A DNA stretch of 64,000 bases from Opitutales bacterium (GTDB lineage Bacteria > Verrucomicrobiota > Verrucomicrobiia > Opitutales > UBA953): assembly GCA_017546455.1 (NCBI GenBank), contig JAFYWY010000038.1:18735-82734 (forward strand), read 5' to 3'. Each line of letters opens with the position of its first letter. Positions within the stretch are counted from its first letter, which is position 1. Position numbers and translations under genes: made by a program. A model generated the notes under the pieces. It did not search any database. It was not told where the DNA came from and saw nothing but the letters and a program-made list of their open reading frames with translations. Below, in pieces: positions 46,401 through 56,700 of this stretch.

Positions 46401-49400
46401 CTTCGGTCGTGATTTGGCTGAAGTGGTAGCTTGCACCTTCGGCGATCGAGAGCGTACCCGCGTTGAGAGCGAGCGTATCCACGGTCCAGCCGCTGGAAGT
46501 CGTCGCGCTCGGGCGGCTCAGAGTGAGGGTGCCGAGGCCATCCTTAACAAAGGTCGTACCCGTGCCGGAGGTTTCGGCGAGCACGCGTCCCGCGAAGCTC
46601 GTTTCGGTGTTTTCAGCTACCGCAAAGATCAGCGTTGCATCCTTGCCGAGAACCGCTTCAAACGATTCGTCGCCGCCGCGGAAGTCGCAATCTTCGTTGA
46701 ACAGCAGCTCCATCGTTCCGGCCTGAACGCGGATATTGTATTCGTTTTCGTAATGAGCAATCGCCGCGCCCTGAACGAGGGTGAGCTTGCCTTCGCCCGA
46801 CTTCACCAATCCGGAGAGCGTCGTCGCGGAATCCGACACGAGCGGAGCGCCGCCGGAAACCTTGCCATTGAAGACCAATGCCTTTTCGGCGGCAACGTTC
46901 AGGTCAAAGGAGGTGCCTTCGTTAAGATAGACGTTGACGCTTTCGGCGAACGCGCTACGGTCGCCCGTGTTGATACGCAGGCCGCCCTTGCCGACGACGA
47001 TTTCGCCGGTAAAGTCCGATCCGGCATCCGTCGCCGCAGCCAGTGCGGATTCGATGACGAGCGTGCCTTCTCCGTCCTTCAGGATCGTTCCTGCGCCGGA
47101 GATAACGCCTTCCGAAGCGATTTCAAAAATGCATTCCGAGCCTTCGGAAACCAGCGTCAGAAGCGCTCCCGCATTCACGTAGACGCCGGAAGTCTTCTGA
47201 ATGGCGTCCCAATCGACGCGGAGTTCGCCGCCCTGAATCACCGTTGCGCCGGTGTATTCGTTCTTGCCGGTCAAACGCAGGGTTTCGCTACCGATTTTCT
47301 TCAGCTCGCTGCCCGCACCGGAAATCGATCCCGCAAAGGCCGGCAATTCGCCGTCTGCGTACTGAACGCCGATCAGCTTTTCAAATTCCGCATACTTCGC
47401 AGCATCCGTCGAAGCGGCACGAATCGCTTCCACGCTGAAGCCGTAAAGCTTGCTGAGCGTGTTGACGTTTTCGTCCGTGAGACGAAACTTATAATCGTCA
47501 ACGAAAAGCGAAATGAAGCCGTAAAGGGTTTCGGACTGAGCCAGCTGTTCTTCCGTCAGGCCGCTTCCGCACTGGGCGAGATACTTGATGACATTCGCAT
47601 CCAAAAGATTGCGGTAGCTTGCGCGCGTCAGGGTTGCGTCGCCGGTTTCCGCTTCATAAACGAAGAGCGTCGCCGGATTCGCTTCATAGCTTTCCGCGTA
47701 GGAGAGCAAATCGTTGAGCTGGCGTTCGCTCCAGCCGGCCGGCTTGGAAGCGACGAACTCGCGGATCGTCTTGAGGTCAAGAATGCTGTTGAACGCCTGG
47801 TCCAAGCGACCTTCCGTAATTCCGAGACCGGTCCAAATTGCCGATTCGCGGATCGAGCCGAAAGTACCCGTATCGATTGTCGCATAAATATGGGCAAAGC
47901 TGTTTGCCAGTTTCGCCGGATCCTTGAGGTAATTGACGGTATCCTGAGCCGTCATCGTTTCGCGGGTCTGCACGCCGGAAGCATCTTCGCGCATGTAGTC
48001 CGGACGCACGGCTCCGAGTGCAGCAATTGCCTTCGCCGCGGCCGAATTAGCGAATCCGCCGACTGCGTTCAGATTCAGGCCGAAGCTGCCGAGATAGGCA
48101 TCCGCATCCGCCGTCGCAAAGAAATAGCCGTCGTTGGCGATTTTGTTGCCGACGGTGTCGTAGTACGTTTCGACGCCGCTAACGATTTTGGACAAATCGG
48201 CTGCCGTCAGGCCGACCGTCAGCGAAGCCCCGCCGGAAAGCGAAACCGTCGCATCCGGAGCACCGACGAGAGCGCCGAGGCTCTGGTTCTTGCCGGAGGA
48301 AAGGCGGCTGGCATTTGCCAAGACCACGCCGGAGGAATTCAGAAGCGCGCCTTCACCCTTCAGGTCCGTCGTGCCCGAAAGCCCGACCGTCGCCAGTGTA
48401 TGCGCGGAAGATTCGAGGCTCAAGCCGCGCGTGCCTGCCTTGACGAGAGTACCGTTACCGGAGATCTTTCCGGAAAATTCACCGGCGCCGGTCAAAACGG
48501 CCACCGCATCGTAGTGGGCATTATCCGAAAATACCAAGGACGACGTTGCGCCGCCGATGAGCGAAGGAAGAATCTGATAGGATTGGACGATAAGACGGGC
48601 GTCTTCGACCAACTCAATGGCGCTCGCGTTCGAGAACGCGCTGTCCAATTCGCTGTTGCCGTACATCCCGAGCGTCAGCGTCATGCCGTCGTCAACGGTC
48701 ACGGTTCCGTAGAAATTCTCCTGAGAAGCGGCAACCTGGATGTTTCCGCGGTACGGATTGATGTCGTCGAAGGAATCGCGGCGATAGTACCAGCCCGTCG
48801 AGGTGATGAGGAATTCGCGTCCGTCGTTGACAAGACCGCCGCGCTTAGCACCGTCTTCATCCGTGTACGAGGAGTCGTAAGTAAAGATCAAATTCGAGAG
48901 GCCGGCGCCTTCCAAACGTGCATTGAGCGCTTCCGTACGATTCGAAATCACGCGCAACGTACCGGCATTGCCGACGTAAACGCGACCGGCGCCCAAGGAG
49001 CCCGAGTCGGCAAGCCACGTGCCTTCGTAGATGAAAAGACGATTGATAACGGCATCGACGCCGCCCGCATAAACGGACGTGCAGTTCGAGAACGTCCCCT
49101 TGCCGGTCTTGATGATATAACCGTCATTCGTTTCAGCGCCTTCAACCTCGTCCGCGTCCGTCGTGAAGAAGCGTCCGCTGAAGAAGCCGTCGCGGTCTTC
49201 CTGCTGGTTGATAATCATCGTCGCTCCGCTGCGCACGAAGACCGAAGTCTGGTAGGCCGTTGCGACAACATTGTTATTGTTCGTCGTAAAGAACGAGGTC
49301 AGTTCGTAGAAACCTTCCCCGCCTTCGAGGTATTCATTGTAAAGGGTTCCGCGTTCAAAGAAAAGCGACTGAACGTTATTCAGGACCTGCGTGCCGTGAA

Positions 49401-50769
49401 TGGTGATTTCCTTGGCCGATTGCATGCCGGAATCGACATAAAGGCCGCGGGATTCCCAAAGCGCGCCGTCCACTTGTCCCGTTTCGGAGGAATCGTCAAA
49501 GTGAGCACTGAACTGCACGGCCGTCGCCGTTTCCAAAACGTTATCGACAACATTGACTCCCGTGGAGTCCGAACCGAGGTTGGCGTCCGTCAGCAGGAAG
49601 ACATCCGCCAAAACGCCGGCAACCAGCTCGTCGCCTTCGTCCGAGGTCTTGCGCACATTGCCCGTGAGGTCATAGCTGGCGGAGAGATTGTGCACATAGT
49701 TCAGAACAGAGCTTTCGCTGGCCACGTTCAATGCGAGCGAGGGCACTGCGGAAGCGTTTTCGGAAAGCGTGGCGAATTCGGCGCGATTCGTAATCGAAAC
49801 AACGCAATTTTCTTCTACCGCTCCGGCCGGGCGCTTACCGTCAACAAAGTAAACGCGGCCCGTTCCCGCGAGCTTGCCGATCTTGCTTTCGCCGTCCCAG
49901 CCGAATTCCCTGCCTTCACGTACATCCGTCGTTGCAATGACGATGCGGGCGGTAGAGGCCTTGTCCGTCCCCAACTCGATCGTGGTATTGATATCGGCCT
50001 TAACGTTGTTCAGGAAGTTCAGCACGCGTACACCCGAAGCCCCGTCTTCCGGACCGGTGTCCCCGTCGCCCAAGTCAAACTTTTCGGAGAGGAGATTTTT
50101 CCCGGAAGAAGCAAAGGAAATCACGGAAGTGTCCGCCAAGACCAAATTGGAAATCCCGACAAAGCCCAGCTCGTCGCGCGAGGGCGTGTCGAAAACCTGG
50201 AAGTTAGTCGCCGGGCGGGCATAGGTAACGTATTGGGAAAGATAACCCGAAACCACGACTTTCGTCCCGCCGGAAACCGTCAACTGACCGGAGAACGCCG
50301 TCTTCGTGATGTCCACGTTTCCGTCTTCATTGATTCCGACGAGCGACTTCGTGTAGGCCTGTTCGTAAACCCCGCGGTCTTCCCCGTGCGTCGTCAGGTA
50401 GGTACCCGAATAATAATTGATGTCGTCGAAGCCCTGGTATTCCAGCGTTCCTCCGCCCGTAATCACAATCTTCCCGCCGGCGGCATTGATGTCGTAGTAA
50501 CCGGCATTGTCTTGGGCATAGTCACGTCCGAGGGTCTGCGGGCGCCCGCCGTCCGTCGTCAGCGAGGAGGAGCCGTAAAAATGGCCCTTCATCGTGTGCG
50601 ACTCGGCGATGTTCAGGGTCAGCGTCCCGTTGCTCGTGACGTAATAATCCTCCGTCAACTGCTTATCGACGAGGACCTCCATGTTGCGATCGACGTTGAC
50701 GGCGGAGGCGAAGCCGGCGCTGCCAAGCAGGATTGCCGCAGAGAAGAAAAGTGTTTTGGGGAATTTCAT
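43489..50769 (-). CDS. Giant autotransporter adhesin-like protein A (PATR-repeat passenger plus beta-barrel)
   Basis: 2426 aa with an ATG start. The signal peptide is MKFPKTLFFSAAILLGSAGFASA. It has many autotransporter-associated beta-strand repeats (GNGTLVKAGTRGLSL, GAGTILKDGEGTLVI, GTGTIEKVGNGTLVL, GDGSLEKSGAGELRL). The C-terminal autotransporter barrel (LSPLAYASMITM ... ANLGFRHRF) ends in Phe. Confidence 0.9.
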   Translation of the reverse strand: MKFPKTLFFSAAILLGSAGFASAVNVDRNMEVLVDKQLTEDYYVTSNGTLTLNIAESHTMKGHFYGSSSLTTDGGRPQTLGRDYAQDNAGYYDINAAGGKIVITGGGTLEYQGFDDINYYSGTYLTTHGEDRGVYEQAYTKSLVGINEDGNVDITKTAFSGQLTVSGGTKVVVSGYLSQYVTYARPATNFQVFDTPSRDELGFVGISNLVLADTSVISFASSGKNLLSEKFDLGDGDTGPEDGASGVRVLNFLNNVKADINTTIELGTDKASTARIVIATTDVREGREFGWDGESKIGKLAGTGRVYFVDGKRPAGAVEENCVVSITNRAEFATLSENASAVPSLALNVASESSVLNYVHNLSASYDLTGNVRKTSDEGDELVAGVLADVFLLTDANLGSDSTGVNVVDNVLETATAVQFSAHFDDSSETGQVDGALWESRGLYVDSGMQSAKEITIHGTQVLNNVQSLFFERGTLYNEYLEGGEGFYELTSFFTTNNNNVVATAYQTSVFVRSGATMIINQQEDRDGFFSGRFFTTDADEVEGAETNDGYIIKTGKGTFSNCTSVYAGGVDAVINRLFIYEGTWLADSGSLGAGRVYVGNAGTLRVISNRTEALNARLEGAGLSNLIFTYDSSYTDEDGAKRGGLVNDGREFLITSTGWYYRRDSFDDINPYRGNIQVAASQENFYGTVTVDDGMTLTLGMYGNSELDSAFSNASAIELVEDARLIVQSYQILPSLIGGATSSLVFSDNAHYDAVAVLTGAGEFSGKISGNGTLVKAGTRGLSLESSAHTLATVGLSGTTDLKGEGALLNSSGVVLANASRLSSGKNQSLGALVGAPDATVSLSGGASLTVGLTAADLSKIVSGVETYYDTVGNKIANDGYFFATADADAYLGSFGLNLNAVGGFANSAAAKAIAALGAVRPDYMREDASGVQTRETMTAQDTVNYLKDPAKLANSFAHIYATIDTGTFGSIRESAIWTGLGITEGRLDQAFNSILDLKTIREFVASKPAGWSERQLNDLLSYAESYEANPATLFVYEAETGDATLTRASYRNLLDANVIKYLAQCGSGLTEEQLAQSETLYGFISLFVDDYKFRLTDENVNTLSKLYGFSVEAIRAASTDAAKYAEFEKLIGVQYADGELPAFAGSISGAGSELKKIGSETLRLTGKNEYTGATVIQGGELRVDWDAIQKTSGVYVNAGALLTLVSEGSECIFEIASEGVISGAGTILKDGEGTLVIESALAAATDAGSDFTGEIVVGKGGLRINTGDRSAFAESVNVYLNEGTSFDLNVAAEKALVFNGKVSGGAPLVSDSATTLSGLVKSGEGKLTLVQGAAIAHYENEYNIRVQAGTMELLFNEDCDFRGGDESFEAVLGKDATLIFAVAENTETSFAGRVLAETSGTGTTFVKDGLGTLTLSRPSATTSSGWTVDTLALNAGTLSIAEGASYHFSQITTEAGTIFDVRGTLTVSGEENNVFNGQLAGTGTIEKVGNGTLVLSDILFEGSVVLKGGTLALDIGADENGVALEKTLNFNLRVEGADPAVSTSLVKQGVGTAILGKDVNLSGAELSVKEGVLAIDGSRLDDDAPASIAIDKGAVLKLDPAKNGFDLANVAGGLSGEGTFALGGGATTVSDGAVLADFTGTFDVGTASVLSLGAGINSIGGIAGTGTVAFDDAEQTVTLKPNRDLVFTGTLDTAENATLVIAGNGELALSDGTANASLAAGTVVQVGSDAAAGNVSVGLSNTVDVVLAANGSAFGIVGNVSGQAYAGKLTIAQGVTAVEIGLEGQIDLSQEAFGTLFADLVRENPEDDLTVTLANRNGSDLTLDLVGASWTKAILASAEASKPAYDFSNKGIVLATNAGGTLNLATSATAYAYARYAGDITGDGSLEKSGAGELRLTSSTQSYTGKTLVSEGTLAFSSGTRLQTSGITVKSGAVLSGGVTLLAENASVDFENGSTYRLDVASGEALRYTGNVDIRGQVTLDIAMDQEARGKALSVFEYVGEKTATAIDRNSFSLASAGELLYIDQAELATGNLKVYIAQNDFRDTGADLHDGIGDLIDVLNDWATPVDGYLRSDLSDEEYAIADALNKTSLGELGDAINNLSPLAYASMITMPHAGFTADARAVSARLEQRLYDSNSAIWVYERDVEFFAQAQGSTVDGGSSSDSMVYDYNTYGALAGADIKFNKETTAGFAVAYDHGKASIHGNGGEIESDDIRATFFVGHLINDYLSVNAGAQIGYATYDVERNTVIGQNKGDTDAWHGGVFADFVGAFTLTEWGDNARLDCFPHAGLALSYYRVDKFEEKSSRSDWGSSLATNAFDALSLQARLGAAVNCVFEIGEHATRVGLDLSLVHEFLDDEVEIESWISDSKFKTDARALSGTSLSLAPSVSYDLSEKTTLYLNYEFRVGTESEVAHRANLGFRHRF

Positions 50770-50794
50770 AGAATTAAGTCTTTCCTAAATAGTA

Positions 50795-53700
50795 TTAGAA
50801 GCAGCGACGGAAGCCGGCGTTGAGGTTGTGGTTGACCTGTTCGTCCGTTCCGTACTGGAGCGAGTAACCGAGAGAAATCGAATTGCGTTCCGAGAGATTG
50901 ACCGTTACCGACGGTGCGAACGAGAACGCGTCCGAGGAACCGATGGTTCCCGAAACGCCGAACGCCGTGTCGCGGTACTGCTTGAACTGCGCGTCGATGT
51001 CGGCTTCGTCATCCAGGAATTCGTGCTGATAAGCAACGTCCAAGGAGACGCGGGCATCCCATTCGCCGAGCAGGAACGACCAGTCGAGCGTCGCGCCGAG
51101 GCGGCCGCGGAGGCTGTGAGCATCGAAGGAATCGACATCCAAGCCGGCGTCTCCGGACTCGTCGAAAGAGTCCACCTTCGAGAAGAGGTAGGACAAGCCG
51201 ACATAAGGCGTGACGAAGAGACAGGAGTGCTTGTCCTTGCTCAGGATGAAGCCTCTGCCGAGCGTCGCGGCCAATCCGGCGTTCCAGCCGTCCGTTTCGC
51301 CTTCGGCCTTGCCGACGACCGTGCTGCGGTCGATGTCGTAATTATTGAGGCCGAGGTGTGCAGCTCCGTCCAAGAAGAAGGAGCCGTCGCCGAGCAACGC
51401 GCTTGCGAATGCCGTTGCGCGAATGCTGTCGGAGCGGATCTTGCCGCCGTTGCCGTGCAGCTTGGCACTACCGTAATCGTAGCCGAGAGCCACGCCGTAG
51501 AGCGAGAAATCGTCCGGTTTCACGTCGAAGCCGGCGATTGCGCCGTAGGTGTTGAAATCAAAGTTCGCGGAATCGCGATTCGAAGCATTTTCGACGATGC
51601 TTGCCTGAGCGCGGGCGAAGAATTCGACCCCGTTATCGCGGGTTTCGCTGGCCGAATCGTAGCGGCGGTGCGACGTGCGTTCGGCAACGGCGCGCCAATC
51701 GTTTTCGAAAGAATTACGGGCCATCGCGATCATTGAGGCATAACCGATCGGCGAGAGCTTGGCGACTTCTTCCGGAAGCGCTTCGGCGGACACGCGATTC
51801 AGGGCAACCCCGATCGGGCCCCAATCGGCGAGCAGTTCGGATTCAAAGACGATACCGGATTCGCGACCTTCCGCGACGCCGCTCATGCGGTCGAGCACGT
51901 CAGTGAAGCTTCCTGCCAAGCCGTCGTGCAAGCCCTTCGTTTCGGCAAAGGAGGTCCCGACTGCGTAGGCGGAAATCACGCCTGCTTCGCTCTGCGCCAA
52001 CATCAATGCGGTCGAACCGTTGGTCAGCTTGCCGTTGCCGAAGAGGAGTTCCATTTCTTCGACCGAGTAGGTCTTGCCCGAAAGGGACTTGAAGAGGACC
52101 AGCTCGTTCCCGCGCGTTGCGGCAGCAGCTCCGGTGAGGCGGATAACGCCGTTGTTCGCAAAGTTCCCCGCGTAATCGATGCTGTCGCCGTTGTTCACGT
52201 CGAGCATCACCGTGCCGTCATTTTCGAAGTCTCCGCCGACGAGCTTGATGCCGCCCTTGGCCGTCGCACCGGCTTCCACTTTGAAGAGAGAGCTTGCGAG
52301 CGAGACTTTTTCAAAGCGCACCGTCGAACCGTCTTCGAGGATCGTTGCGCCCGTGTAGGCCTGATCGACGGAAACCGTCGTCGTCTTGGGTCCGCGGAAT
52401 GCCACATCCCCGTTGCCGGAAATCGAGCGATTGAGCGCTTCGTCGGCTTCACCCGCGTTGATGACGAACGTGCCGACCGTGTCGCGGTTGACGTTCTTCT
52501 GAGTCGTAAATCCGATTGCCGAGTGGAGGGAATTCAGGCCCGAGAGCACCAATTCGCCCTGGTTGACGCCCAAGAGCAACTTCGTGCCCTGAGAAGCCGT
52601 CGCCGCCGCCCAAAGCGCGTCGGAGACATTGAGCATGGATTGACCGCCGTCCGTAACGCCGTCGAAGGACAGCGAAGACTTTGCCGTACCGCTCTTGACG
52701 AGGGCAACCGTTCCGGCCTTCGCACCCGCATCCAGACGGACTTCGACTTCGGAGAGGCGATTGCTCTTGTCGGCATCGACCGTGAAATAGACAGAGGCGT
52801 CGTTCTTAACGCGCAGACCGCCCGTCGGCGTATTGTTCAGCTTGGAGGCTTCCGCATTGACCTGGACGCTACCGTTGTCCACGAGGATCGTTCCCGTCGC
52901 GCGGGCATCTTCAATCTTCAGACAACCGCGGCCCGAAACGACGACGTTCGCATTGAAGCTACCGCCGATCGTCGTGTCGTGGTTCTGTGCGAGTTTCACC
53001 TGACCCGTGGTTTCAAAACCGCCGGTCGTTTGGATGGAAGCCAGCTTCACGCCTTCGCCCGTGACGGCAATCTTGAAGCTGCCGGCATCGAGAATACCGT
53101 TGAAGTATCTTCCGCCGTCCGTCGCCTGCGAGCTGAGCATCGACGTTTCCGTCAATTCCAGCGTTCCGGAAGACGAACTGTCCGTTTCGAGCAGAACAAT
53201 CGTTCCCGAACCTTCGATTTCGGACAAATTCGGCGTCACGCCGTAAGCACATTCCAACGCGAGCGTGGCACCGCTAACGACCACTGCGGAATTAAATTCG
53301 AATGCATCCGAACCTTCGAGGCGGAGCGTACCTTCCAGTACCTGCAAATCCGCACCGATCCAAGATACCGCGTTCGAGGATTCGATAATGAGGGTGCCGG
53401 CACCAATCTTTCCGAGGCGGTGAGCACCGTCCGCGCCGATATTTTCGGCCTTAACCTTACCGTCAAGGCGAGCATCTTCCGCATCCGTTGCAAAAAGAAC
53501 GCGTGCATCTTCGCCGGAAAGGACGATGTCGCGGTCAAGCGCCGTAGTGATCAACGTGGCCGAATCCTTCACGCTCAGCGCAACGCGTTCGTCCAAATCG
53601 CCGGAGAACACGAAGGTCCCCGAACCGCCGACGCCGAATTGGGCAGTCGCCGCCGTCGAGCCGTAAACTCCGATATCGCCCGAAAAGGTGCCGAAAGCAG

Positions 53701-56700
53701 AGTAGTCCGTCGAGGTGTTGCGGTTGATGGTCGTCGCATAGACGTTGCCGCTGTTCGTGTAATCCACCTTGTTGGTGTTGGAAAGCTTGAGGTTCAGCGA
53801 GATCGCCGCATCCGAGCTGAGGAAGACCTTTCCGCTTCCTGCGAGATTCTTAAAGCTTTGGCTCTTTTCGAGATAAAGTGCGCCGGATTTTTCAACGACC
53901 GTAACGACGCCGGAAGAAAGGAGGTTTTCCGTTCCCAGGTACAAGTTGCCTTCCTTGACGGAAAGCGTACCGGTGAAATCACCGGCCGTTGCGCCCGTGT
54001 TTACGAACGTCAGTTCGCCCGCGCCGGACTTTTCGATCGTTCCGCCGCCGACGAAGCAACGGTCAATCGTCGCCGCCGTGCTTTCGTTCAGTTCGAGAGT
54101 CGAACCGACAGAGACGGAAACCGTCTTGGCGTTGCCTTCAAAGACAGCATCTTTCAGGGTAAGCGCACCGCTCTTGACGCTGAGGTCGCCGCCCAATTGC
54201 GTTACACCGCTCAGGGTCAAAGCGCCCGTGCCGGTCTTAACCAAGTGGCCCGCATTGACGAGCGTACCCGCCCAGTCGACCGAGGGTTCGCGTTGGTCGA
54301 GCGTCAGGACGGAGTCCGCGTTGCTGACGGTGATATCGCCCTGCGCCTTCACGTCGGAAGCCGCACGTGCACGCAGCGTCATGGTCAGATTCCCGCCGCT
54401 CAGGAGGGTCTGCCCGAAGTAGTTGACATCCGCGCCGAGCGTGAGGGAGCCGGCACCCTTCTTTTCAAAATTACCGTCACCGGAGAAAGCCTTGTCAAAG
54501 ACGTAGCTTTGGTCGGCGTCCGTTCCCGTGTTAATCGAGAGCGTCGCGCCCGCAGCCGCCGTGATGCCGTCGGCGAAGCTCGTTTCTCCGTAAGCATCGA
54601 CGTCCATTTCGAAGGTGCCGCCGACAATTTTGAGGGACTTGGCATCGACCGTTCCTGCGATGGTTACGCGGTCGTCGCCGATCTTCGTGATGTTTTCCGC
54701 CGTCAGTGTTCCGTTGAAGGAGAGACGGTCAACCATTTCCGTGAGGTCGCCGGAGATAACGCCTTCCGCATTTGCATTTTGTGCGAGAAGCTTGACGTAG
54801 AGGCGCGTGATATCGGCCACGGTAAGCGAGTCTTGAGCGACTTCGCGTGCAAAGAGTTCCTGCAGGGCTTCGTTTTCGGAAGAGCCGAGCGGTTCGCGCA
54901 TGAAATACGCCACCAGGGCTTCCGCCTGCTTCTTCGTCAGACCGGCATCACAGAAATCCAAAATCGGCTTGAGATAGCTCTTAACGAGGGCTTCGGAGCT
55001 GCCGCCGACCGCGCTCGGATAGGTTGCGAGCACGCGATCGCTGTTCCCGAGTTCATTCGTGATGATGACGCCGAGAGCCGCATCGTCCGCCGACTGATAG
55101 CCTGCGTTGAGCACCGAACGGCGGGAAGCGTCCATACCGAGCTGCAGGTCCCCGCCCAAGACGGAAAGCGTTGCGTCTCCGCCGACGAGCGAGACCAAAT
55201 TCTGCGCCCCCGCAAAGGTGGCACTCGTTCCCTCATTCATCCAAATGAGCGAAGAATTCCAGAGCGACTGCGATTTCGTTACGGCAAGCGCGCCTTCTTC
55301 GAGCACCGTCGCGCCCATGTAGGAAAGCATGGAGCCGCCGTCGAGTGTCAGCGTTTTTGCGCCGTCCTTAACAAAGTTACCGACACCGGTGATTGCGCCG
55401 GAGAAGCGGCTGTAGGTCAGCACGTCTCCGTTGCCCGTTTGACCGGAGAGGGCGAGATCGCCGTCCGTCGAATCCAAAGTCGTGTGCACCGTCAGCGTCG
55501 AGCGACCCAAGTCCACCTTCGACCAGTAGTCGCCGGTAAGGTTATTGACTTCCTGGTTCGTGTTGCCGAAGGCAAGCGTCGAGGTGCGAGAACCCTGATA
55601 AAGATCCGTTTCCGTTCCGACCTTACCCGCGAGAATCACGGCCTTGGCTTCTCCGACGGAGCCGCCCGAGAAAGCGACGCTGTCAACGAAAGAAAGGCGT
55701 TCCAAGTCATCGCCGGCGATGACGACTTCGCTTCCGGCGGCATTCGTGTAGTAGTAAACGCGTTCGCCTTCGCTGTTTTTGTAGTAAGCGACGTTGGAGT
55801 GAACGTTGCCTTCGGCGTCCGTGTAGGTGCCGGATCCGTTCACGTCATAGTAGCGGTAATTTCCGTCGGCATCCGTATAGCCCGCCAAATCCTGAGCGGT
55901 CAGCACGAGCGTAAGTCCGCGTTCGACAAAGACTTCGCCCGTGATAAAACGCTGTTCAACGGCCAGCTCAATCGTCCCCGGCTTGCGTCCGTCACTGACG
56001 TCAATCGCACCACCGACGGTGTCGATGAGCTCGTAGGTGCTGAAGTGAACGTCCTTCATGTTGAGGCGCGTCTTGAGCGTCTCCGTAGCGTTTTCGATAA
56101 GCGTGAAATTGACGTTTTCCGAAGTGTAGAGACCCGGATCGCGCACCCAGTTTCCGGTGGCGTCGCCGGCATCCTTCGTCCAGTCGTAGCTTCCCGGATC
56201 GAGATCGATGGCGGTGATGTTCACGACGACCTTGCCGCCGTCAAGCAAGGCGAGCTTTTCGTAGTTGGCGCCTTCGAGGATCAGCGCGAGGTCGCCCGTC
56301 CCGTACTTGACGATCGTTCCGCCCTTGGCGAGCGTGCCGTCAACGTTCACGCCGGCTCCGTCGCCCGCAGCGTTGACGCCGCAAATCGTTCCCTTGTAAA
56401 TGCCGCCCATTCCGGCTTCCTGATAGATGGCGAGGACGGCGTCGTCCTTAACGGCCAAATACGAACCGGCACCCGTGCCTGCAACCAGCGGAGCATTGGT
56501 GTCCGCAGCGTCGGCGGCATTTTGGATGGCGCTGGCGGCGGAGAGGTTGGCGTCTCGGGCTGCAACCCCGTTCGCGAATTGCGATTGGAAATTGCGGATC
56601 GCTTCGTTGTTGTTCACGACGAGCGTTCCCGCCGCGGGATCCGTGAAATAAGCTTCCTTATAGAAAACAACCTGGACGGTGTTGTTGTCCTGGCGTTCCG

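Noticed and set aside
44995-50823. 1942-aa stop-free plus-strand ORF opposite autotransporter A
   Set aside because: The minus strand encodes a protein with a signal peptide, dozens of PATR repeats and an autotransporter barrel. The plus-strand translation is Arg/Gly/Ala-rich low complexity with no recognisable motif, and it even crosses the intergenic gap. It is the antisense shadow of a GC-rich gene dominated by Gly/Thr/Ala/Val codons.
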